Of a DNA stretch of 25,871 nt, positions 18,943-25,619 are shown piece after piece; position 1 is the stretch's first letter, and each line of letters opens with the position of its first letter. A model generated the notes under the pieces. That model had not been told where the DNA came from. It worked only from the letters and a program-made list of their open reading frames with translations, and did no database searches. The translations under genes and the position numbers were made by a program. The DNA is from a virus (lineage: Duplodnaviria > Caudoviricetes): positions 1 through 25,871 of the IMG/VR virus record IMGVR_UViG_3300017777_004452. One strand, given 5' to 3'.

Positions 18943-19959
18943 ATGACTAATCTATTCCGCAAAGCCGCAATCTTCACTGACATACACTTTGGACTCAAAA
19001 GCAATTCAACCTTACACAATGAAGATTGTTTGGCTTTTGTAAAATGGGCAACTGCCAAGGCCCGAGAGGAAGGTTGCGAAACTGCCATGTTCCTAGGTGA
19101 TTGGCACAACAATCGGGCCAGCCTGAACATTGTCACACTAAACTACAGTCTTCGATCACTGGAACATCTAAATGCTAATTTTGACCGCGTGTATTTTATA
19201 CCTGGGAATCACGACCTTTATTATCGCGACAAGCGTGATATTCAGAGCGTGGAGTGGGCACGTCATCTCCCCAATGTGGAAATATGTAACGATTGGTTTA
19301 GTAGCGGTGACGTCGTTATTGCTCCTTGGCTGTGCGGTGACGATCACAAGAGGATACCCAAGCTAACTGGCAAGTACATGTTTGGACACTTTGAACTGCC
19401 CGGCTACTTGATGAATGCCATGATAGAGATGCCAGACTATGGAGAAGTACGTAGAGAAGACTTTGAGAATTTTGAACATGTATTCACCGGACACTTTCAC
19501 AAGCGACAGACTAAAAAGAATATTACCTACATCGGTAATGCGTTCCCTCACAATTATGCAGATGCTGGTGACGACGAACGAGGACTTACTGTACTGGAAT
19601 GGGGAGCAGCGCCTGCGTTTCATGCTTGGCCTGATCAACCAACCTATCGTGTATACGGTCTTGCAAACCTTATCGACAACGCTCCATCGCTTCTTAAGCC
19701 CAAGATGCATGTGCGTGTTGGACTAGACATTGAAATCTCATACGAAGAAGCCAACTTCATTAAAGAAACATTTGTAAAAGACTACAATCTGCGTGAGATG
19801 AGTTTGATTCCAAACAAAAACTCAGATGTAGACACAGACATGGCGCCTGGCGAAATCAAATTTGAGTCAGTTGATCAAATTGTCACAGACCAGCTCACAA
19901 ACATTGAATCAGAATTCTACGACAACCGACTACTGTTGAAGATTTATCAAACACTATGA
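18943..19959 (+). CDS. gp47: Recombination nuclease subunit, gp47/Mre11/SbcD (338 aa)
   Basis: Metallophosphoesterase motifs DIH, GDWH, GNHD, GHF and GHFH occur in order, and a Rad50-like gene lies downstream. Confidence 0.92.
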   Translation: MTNLFRKAAIFTDIHFGLKSNSTLHNEDCLAFVKWATAKAREEGCETAMFLGDWHNNRASLNIVTLNYSLRSLEHLNANFDRVYFIPGNHDLYYRDKRDIQSVEWARHLPNVEICNDWFSSGDVVIAPWLCGDDHKRIPKLTGKYMFGHFELPGYLMNAMIEMPDYGEVRREDFENFEHVFTGHFHKRQTKKNITYIGNAFPHNYADAGDDERGLTVLEWGAAPAFHAWPDQPTYRVYGLANLIDNAPSLLKPKMHVRVGLDIEISYEEANFIKETFVKDYNLREMSLIPNKNSDVDTDMAPGEIKFESVDQIVTDQLTNIESEFYDNRLLLKIYQTL

Positions 19960-20021
19960 TCTATAGTATTCAATATCTTAGTAGTTGTTCAAACATTTTG
20001 ATTATTGAAAATGCAGTATAA
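19956..20021 (+). CDS. Possible 21-aa peptide ORF (MIYSIQYLSSCSNILIIENAV)
   Basis: The ATG overlaps the gp47 stop (ATGA). The ORF fills nearly the whole spacer and ends 6 nt before, and in frame with, the radical SAM ATG. It may be a chance ORF or a relic. Confidence 0.25.
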   Translation: MIYSIQYLSSCSNILIIENAV

Positions 20022-20027
20022 AATAAC

Positions 20028-21476
20028 ATGCTTAATTTAGATCAATATGATATTGTAGCACAACTCGACCTGGCTGATGTAAGTTATGATCACACCACGG
20101 TTTACAAGTTGTTTGACGCTTACTGGCAAGAGAAATTTAATCACAATCAACGTATTGTTTTTTATACCTCTAGACATCCTCCTAAAAAATTATTAGAGCA
20201 TATAGAACGTGCAGCGCAGATTATTGATATTTCTGAATATTTTATTTTGATCTGTTGCCCGGTTGAGCTGACTACTAGTTTACAAAGTATAGTTACGGAG
20301 GTAGAAGAAACTAAAGTTTTTAAAGACAACTATACAATTCCCAGTTCGATTTGCCCTATACCGTGGTCGCACATAGAAGTTGATATTTCTGGCAACTACA
20401 AACCTTGTTGCATATATTCCGAGTCAATGCAAAAATCTGTCAGAGATTCAACTATCAACGAAGCGTTTAATAGTGCCTATATGAATAAGCTGCGTGATGA
20501 TTTTTTGCAGGGCATCAAACCTGGCGGGTGTAGTCATTGCTGGAAAACAGAAGACAACAATTTAACAAGCAATCGAATAAGGCATTTAAATTTTCTACAA
20601 AAAAAATTATTTGTAAACTATTTAGATAACGTTAAAATACGATCTATTGATGTGAAGTGTGGTAATGCTTGTAACTTTAAATGCCGAATTTGCAGTCCTG
20701 TTAGAAGCTCGTTGATTGCCGCCGAAGTTATAAAAACGTATCCAGAAAAAACTTTCAAAATCAAAGACATGTTGATCAAGAATAAATGGACAGATGATGA
20801 TACCATCACGTTCTTTGACGATTTAGAACATGCTCTGCCAGATTTAGAAAATATTGATATGACAGGTGGAGAAACGTTTTTAGTTAAAAAAATTGATAAA
20901 ATAGTACACACCGCAGTAAAAAGTGGGCACAGCAGTCACATTCGATTGCATTATAATAGCAACGGATCAATTTTTCCCAACAACCAAGCAAAATTGTGGA
21001 ACAAATTTAAACAAGTTGATCTTGCGTTAAGCATTGACAACACAGGTGAACAATTTGAGTTAGAACGCGGCGGCATCTGGCTGGATGTAGAAAACAATAT
21101 TAAAAAGTTTTTAGAATTAAATCTACCCAATTTAAACATTTATATCATGCCCACAGTCAATATACAAAACGTATTTTACATGCCAGAATTGTTAGAATGG
21201 GCAACTTCGCTGAAGTTAAACACAACGTTTAACTATTTAGAAGCGCCAATGGCTTTTAATATTGACTATCTAACAACTGAATGCAAACAACTGGTAGTTG
21301 AAAAATATAAAAGATACAGTCATCCAGAACTTGATGCTATAGCTATTCGCATTGAGAATTCCAAAGGGAGTGACGGAATCATGTTTGTTAACGAAGTAAC
21401 TCGACTTGATGGTATAAGGAGTCAATCTTTTCAAAAGACTCACCCAGAGGTTGCAAAAGCAATGGGATATGTGTAA
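20028..21476 (+). CDS. Radical SAM enzyme with an N-terminal SPASM/Twitch-like Cys cluster (482 aa)
   Basis: CNFKCRIC (CX3CX2C, 20670-20693), TGGET, YNSNGS and LSID. The SPASM-like CPIPWSHIEVDISGNYKPCC...CSHCW precedes the core. Confidence 0.88.
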   Translation: MLNLDQYDIVAQLDLADVSYDHTTVYKLFDAYWQEKFNHNQRIVFYTSRHPPKKLLEHIERAAQIIDISEYFILICCPVELTTSLQSIVTEVEETKVFKDNYTIPSSICPIPWSHIEVDISGNYKPCCIYSESMQKSVRDSTINEAFNSAYMNKLRDDFLQGIKPGGCSHCWKTEDNNLTSNRIRHLNFLQKKLFVNYLDNVKIRSIDVKCGNACNFKCRICSPVRSSLIAAEVIKTYPEKTFKIKDMLIKNKWTDDDTITFFDDLEHALPDLENIDMTGGETFLVKKIDKIVHTAVKSGHSSHIRLHYNSNGSIFPNNQAKLWNKFKQVDLALSIDNTGEQFELERGGIWLDVENNIKKFLELNLPNLNIYIMPTVNIQNVFYMPELLEWATSLKLNTTFNYLEAPMAFNIDYLTTECKQLVVEKYKRYSHPELDAIAIRIENSKGSDGIMFVNEVTRLDGIRSQSFQKTHPEVAKAMGYV

Positions 21477-21479
21477 AAT
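21451..21479 (+). promoter_or_regulatory. Putative sigma70-type promoter for gp46, embedded in the end of the radical SAM gene
   Basis: TTGCAA (21451-56), 17 nt, TAAAAT (21474-79). The gp46 ATG is at 21488 with no Shine-Dalgarno. Confidence 0.45.
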
Positions 21480-21487
21480 AAGACTTT

Positions 21488-23569
21488 ATGATTCATATTA
21501 AAAATCTCACCGTGAAGAACTTCATGAGTGTGGGCGCAGCCACACAGGCCATTGACTTTGATCGTAATGACCTTACCTTGGTGCTGGGTGAAAACTTGGA
21601 TCTAGGCGGAGATGGATCACGCAACGGTACAGGCAAAACCACAATCATCAATGCACTCAGTTATGCATTGTATGGGCAAGCACTGTCAAACATACGCAAA
21701 GATAACTTAGTAAACAAGACCAATGCCAAACACATGTTGGTTAGTTTAGACTTTCACATCAGTGGCACTGACTACAAAATTGAGCGTGGACGCAAACCCA
21801 ACGTACTCAAATTCTATGTGAACAACGAACACAAGGCCGCCGAAGACGAAGCACAAGGAGATTCAAGAGAGACACAAGACGCTATAGAGCGTATTATCGG
21901 CATGAGTCACGACATGTTCAAACATGTGCTGGCGCTAAACACATACACAGAACCGTTCCTAAGTTTAAAGGCCAATGACCAGCGCACAATCATTGAGCAG
22001 TTGTTGGGCATTACCTTGTTGAGTGAACGTGCTGACCGCATTAAAGAACTCAACCGGCAGACCAAAGATGCTATTCAGTTGGAAGAGTTTAGAATTCGTG
22101 CTGTGCAAGAAGCCAACAAACGCATTGAAGAACAGATTGAAAGTTTAAAGCGTAGACAAGTACTTTGGCAAAAGAAGTATGACAGTGACTTGGCTTACCT
22201 AGTTGGGCAGTACGACGATCTAGCAAAGATCAACATTGAACTAGAGCTACTGGCTCACAAAGATCTAGCTGTGTGGTCTGCAAGAAAACAACAACAAGAT
22301 GCATATACTGCTCTTGTGGGTCGACAAACTGCGTGGAAACAAAAACAACACAAAGACATCGGTGAGTTAGAATCAACCTACAACAAACTCAGCCACATTG
22401 ACATTGCAGCAGAGCTTCGGGCACATATAGACTTGGCTGCTTACACCCAGCGAGCCAAAGATATAGCTGACCTTGAAAAATATATTGCTAGGTGTGTAGC
22501 GGACGAAGCCAAAGAACAAAAAGTTATTGATAAACTCCGAGCCGAAATTGAAGAATTAAAAGATCACAAGTGCTATGCGTGTGGACAAGACTTCCACGAT
22601 ACCAGTCACGAAACAGTGTTGGCTGCAAAAGAAAAAGCCTTGCAAGAAGCAGCACTACAAGCGTTAAGCACCAACACTCAGTGGATGGAAAATACCAATG
22701 CACTGAGCGCACTAGGCAAGTTGGGCACCAAACCTACCGCCCACTACAAAACAGAAACAGAAGCAATTCGACATTCTAGTGAGCTAGAAAACATTCAGCA
22801 CAAGATTGATGCCAAACGTGCAGAAACAGATCCCTATGCCGAACAACTAGCAGAACACACACCTGTAGAAGTTGGCACACAGCCTGTCACGCATTATGAT
22901 ACCGAAACACAGGCAATTGATCATCGCAGTCGCATGAACACCATGCTCACACAGATTGATAATAAATCACAAGAGACTGATCCATATACAGAACAAATTA
23001 TCGAAATGCAACAACAGGCCCTGCAGGTTGTGAGTTATGATCACTTGAATGAACTCACAAGAGTGCAAGACCATCAAGACTTCTTGCTCAAACTGCTAAC
23101 CTCAAAAGATTCGTTTGTGCGCAAGAAGATCATTGACCAGAACTTGAGTTATCTCAACAGTCGTCTCACACACTACTTAGATAGAATTGGCTTGCCACAC
23201 ACAGTGAAGTTCATGAACGATCTAAGTGTGAGCATTGAAGAACTGGGTCGTGAATTGGACTTTGACAACCTAAGTCGTGGCGAACGAAATCGACTAATTC
23301 TAAGCATGAGCTGGGCATTCCGTGATGTTTGGGAAAGTTTGTACTCGCCCATCAACTTGTTGTTTATTGACGAGATGATCGACAACGGGTTGGACACACA
23401 AGGTGTAGAGAATGCACTGGGCTTGTTGAAGAAGATGAGTAGAGAACGTCACAAGAGTATTTGGCTCGTGAGTCACAGAGATGAGTTAACCAGCAGGGTA
23501 GAGAACATTCTCAAGGTCGTCAAAGAAAACGGCTTTACCAGTTACAATACAGACATAGACTTAGCATGA
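21488..23569 (+). CDS. gp46: Recombination ATPase subunit, gp46/Rad50/SbcC (693 aa)
   Basis: KNFMS, Walker A NGTGKTT, coiled coil with a central CYAC zinc hook (22571-22582), signature LSRGE, Walker B LLFIDE, D-loop NGLD and H-loop VSH. Confidence 0.93.
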   Translation: MIHIKNLTVKNFMSVGAATQAIDFDRNDLTLVLGENLDLGGDGSRNGTGKTTIINALSYALYGQALSNIRKDNLVNKTNAKHMLVSLDFHISGTDYKIERGRKPNVLKFYVNNEHKAAEDEAQGDSRETQDAIERIIGMSHDMFKHVLALNTYTEPFLSLKANDQRTIIEQLLGITLLSERADRIKELNRQTKDAIQLEEFRIRAVQEANKRIEEQIESLKRRQVLWQKKYDSDLAYLVGQYDDLAKINIELELLAHKDLAVWSARKQQQDAYTALVGRQTAWKQKQHKDIGELESTYNKLSHIDIAAELRAHIDLAAYTQRAKDIADLEKYIARCVADEAKEQKVIDKLRAEIEELKDHKCYACGQDFHDTSHETVLAAKEKALQEAALQALSTNTQWMENTNALSALGKLGTKPTAHYKTETEAIRHSSELENIQHKIDAKRAETDPYAEQLAEHTPVEVGTQPVTHYDTETQAIDHRSRMNTMLTQIDNKSQETDPYTEQIIEMQQQALQVVSYDHLNELTRVQDHQDFLLKLLTSKDSFVRKKIIDQNLSYLNSRLTHYLDRIGLPHTVKFMNDLSVSIEELGRELDFDNLSRGERNRLILSMSWAFRDVWESLYSPINLLFIDEMIDNGLDTQGVENALGLLKKMSRERHKSIWLVSHRDELTSRVENILKVVKENGFTSYNTDIDLA
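22151..22445 (+). repeat. Degenerate in-frame tandem duplication (56-aa period) in the gp46 N-terminal coiled-coil arm
   Basis: RQVLWQKKYDSDL..L...YDDLAKINIELELLAHKDLAVW aligns with RQTAWKQKQHKDI..L...YNKLSHIDIAAELRAHIDLAAY. The Trp codons at 22166 and 22334 are 168 nt apart. Confidence 0.8.
22721..23005 (+). repeat. Degenerate in-frame tandem duplication (50-aa period) in the gp46 C-terminal coiled-coil arm
   Basis: GTKPTAHYKTETEAIRH...IDAKRAETDPYAEQL aligns with GTQPVTHYDTETQAIDH...IDNKSQETDPYTEQI. The Gly codons at 22724 and 22874 are 150 nt apart. Confidence 0.85.
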
Positions 23570-24078
23570 AGATACTAATCACTGGTACTCGAGGCCTTGC
23601 ATATGAATTAAGCAAAGCATATACCAATCATGAAGTGACGTTAGCCAGTCGTTCCACTGGGTTTGATGTCAATAATATCGATCACTGGGGGCATGAGTTT
23701 TTAGAGTATGATTGTGTGTTTAACTGTGCATATGATGGCTTCGCACAAGTCAAAGTATTAGAATTTTTTTACACTCAGTGGAAGCACGATGTAAACAAAC
23801 AGATTGTGTCTATTGGAAGTCGCACTATCACATTTAGACGATCAGAAAATGAATCAGGATATTGGGCATATCGATTGCACAAGCAGGCATTACAACAAGC
23901 GCATGACTCAATGCTGTTGGATGCAAAATGTGATATGAAAATTATCAATCCAGGACCTGTTGATACTGACATGATTCGTCATCTCAATTGTGTAAAATTA
24001 GATACAACAGCCCTGGCCAATGCTATAAAAAACATTTCTGCCGATGCCACTATCAAGCGAGTTGACCTATGGGCGTAA
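23566..24078 (+). CDS. Minimal short-chain dehydrogenase/reductase (Rossmann fold, 170 aa)
   Basis: MKILITGTRGLA (nucleotide-binding loop), VFNCA, IGS (catalytic Ser), YRLHK (YxxxK) and INPGPVDTDM. It overlaps the gp46 stop via ATGA. Confidence 0.78.
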   Translation: MKILITGTRGLAYELSKAYTNHEVTLASRSTGFDVNNIDHWGHEFLEYDCVFNCAYDGFAQVKVLEFFYTQWKHDVNKQIVSIGSRTITFRRSENESGYWAYRLHKQALQQAHDSMLLDAKCDMKIINPGPVDTDMIRHLNCVKLDTTALANAIKNISADATIKRVDLWA

Positions 24079-25172
24079 ACTGGCAGTTTTATCATTGGCA
24101 TTTAGAACCCAGTGCAGTATGCACATTAAAATGTCCTAGATGTCCCAGAACAGAGCATCCAGATACAGCATGGCTGAATAAAAACATGACCTTGGAGTTT
24201 GTTAAAAAGTTTTTTACAGAAAACATGTTACGTAATCAAGTGCGTAGAGTTACCATGTGCGGCGATGTAGGCGATCCTATCTACTGCAAAGAGTACATTG
24301 AAATTTGCAGATACATTAAAAGTATAAATCCACAGATACACATCTTTACAATTACCAACGGCAGTCACAAAAAACCTGCATGGTGGGCAGAATTGGGCTC
24401 TGTACTAAACGAATATGATGCAGTTAATTTTAGTGTAGACGGTTACGACGATCTGTCTAACAACATGTACAGAGTCAACAGCAACTGGAACAGTATTGTT
24501 GACGGTATCACTGCTCTGCGACAAGCCAACAAAGACGTTTTTATAAATTGGGCCATGATCATGTTTCGGTTCAATCAAGATCATGTAGACTCAATCAAAC
24601 AACAGGCGTTTACATTAGGCATGGACGCATTACAAATTACAAGATCAACTAAATTTGGCAGTAAGTATGGTAATGCATACGGGGGTGCAGATGACTTGCT
24701 AGAACCTCGTGTAGAAAATATCAGTTCCACACACAGGTACGAGCGTGAAACACACAACTTGTCAGGCCGTCAAATTAACAATCATGAATACTTAAAACAC
24801 AACAAACAAAAATATCTACAAATCAAACAACAATATCACAATCAACCAGTCACACCGCTATGTGAAATTGGCAATAGAGGAATCTATGTCAATGCAGAAG
24901 GTGTTGTTTTTCCTTGCAGTTGGACAAGTTTTCCTTATACAAGTCTCACACATCAGGACAAAACCATACACTGGCCAGACAGTTTTTTTGCAAAATATCG
25001 GCAGCAAATGAATTTGAACAACAGAACTTTTGAAGAAATCATACAAGATCCACTGTGGAACATGTGTAGCACTGGATTCACTGACCCTGCTAAAACTTGG
25101 GTAGAGTGCAGTCAGAAGTGTTCTACCAATTTGGTTACAGAAAACTACGCAGTTGGGTGGGAAACAAACTAA
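24069..25172 (+). CDS. Radical SAM enzyme with a C-terminal SPASM/Twitch-like domain (367 aa)
   Basis: CTLKCPRC (24120-24143), CGDVGDP (GGEP variant), TNGS, FSVDG, and C-terminal CEIGNRGIYVNAEGVVFPC...CSQKC. It overlaps the SDR gene by 10 nt. Confidence 0.88.
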   Translation: MGVNWQFYHWHLEPSAVCTLKCPRCPRTEHPDTAWLNKNMTLEFVKKFFTENMLRNQVRRVTMCGDVGDPIYCKEYIEICRYIKSINPQIHIFTITNGSHKKPAWWAELGSVLNEYDAVNFSVDGYDDLSNNMYRVNSNWNSIVDGITALRQANKDVFINWAMIMFRFNQDHVDSIKQQAFTLGMDALQITRSTKFGSKYGNAYGGADDLLEPRVENISSTHRYERETHNLSGRQINNHEYLKHNKQKYLQIKQQYHNQPVTPLCEIGNRGIYVNAEGVVFPCSWTSFPYTSLTHQDKTIHWPDSFFAKYRQQMNLNNRTFEEIIQDPLWNMCSTGFTDPAKTWVECSQKCSTNLVTENYAVGWETN

Positions 25173-25175
25173 GTA
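25170..25175 (+). promoter_or_regulatory. Possible late-promoter variant TAAGTA before the GIY-YIG gene
   Basis: TAAGTAagatagATG parallels TAAATAtagatATG before gp25. There is no Shine-Dalgarno, and the motif overlaps a TAA stop, so it could be chance. Confidence 0.3.
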
Positions 25176-25181
25176 AGATAG

Positions 25182-25610
25182 ATGACATGGCTTTACAACA
25201 ATCAATCTGTAGAAACTCTCCCAGATGATTGCATTGGTTTTGTTTATCTAATCACAAATAATCTCACTGGACGCAAGTACATAGGCAAAAAATTAGCAAA
25301 ATTTTCGAAAACAACTACAAAAACAGTTAAACTCAAAAACGGCACAAAGAAGCGGAAGAAGATACGCTCAAAGATCGATTCGGATTGGAGAGAGTACTAT
25401 GGGTCAAGCCCAGAATTAACCGCAGACGTAATCACCCTAGGCACCGAAAACTTTACCAGACAAATACTTTACTATTGTAAATCAAAATCAGAATGTTCGT
25501 ACATTGAAGCAAGAGAACAGTTTACAAGAAAAGTATTAGAATCAACAGATTATTACAACGGCCATATCCAAGTTCGTGTGCATGGCTCGCACATCATAAA
25601 CAAACTTTAA
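25182..25610 (+). CDS. Stand-alone GIY-YIG nuclease (SegE-like catalytic domain, 142 aa)
   Basis: GFVYLITNNLTGRKYIGKK (GIY-YIG variant), YYGSS, ENFTRQIL, YIEAREQ (catalytic Glu helix) and YYN. It has a highly basic insertion and no C-terminal DNA-binding domains. Confidence 0.85.
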   Translation: MTWLYNNQSVETLPDDCIGFVYLITNNLTGRKYIGKKLAKFSKTTTKTVKLKNGTKKRKKIRSKIDSDWREYYGSSPELTADVITLGTENFTRQILYYCKSKSECSYIEAREQFTRKVLESTDYYNGHIQVRVHGSHIINKL

Positions 25611-25619
25611 TCACGACTC

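Noticed and set aside
19969-20013. Inverted repeats TTCAATA/TATTGAA and CATTTT/AAAATG in the gp47-radical SAM spacer
   Set aside because: They are short, almost entirely A/T and expected by chance, too weak to call a terminator or operator.
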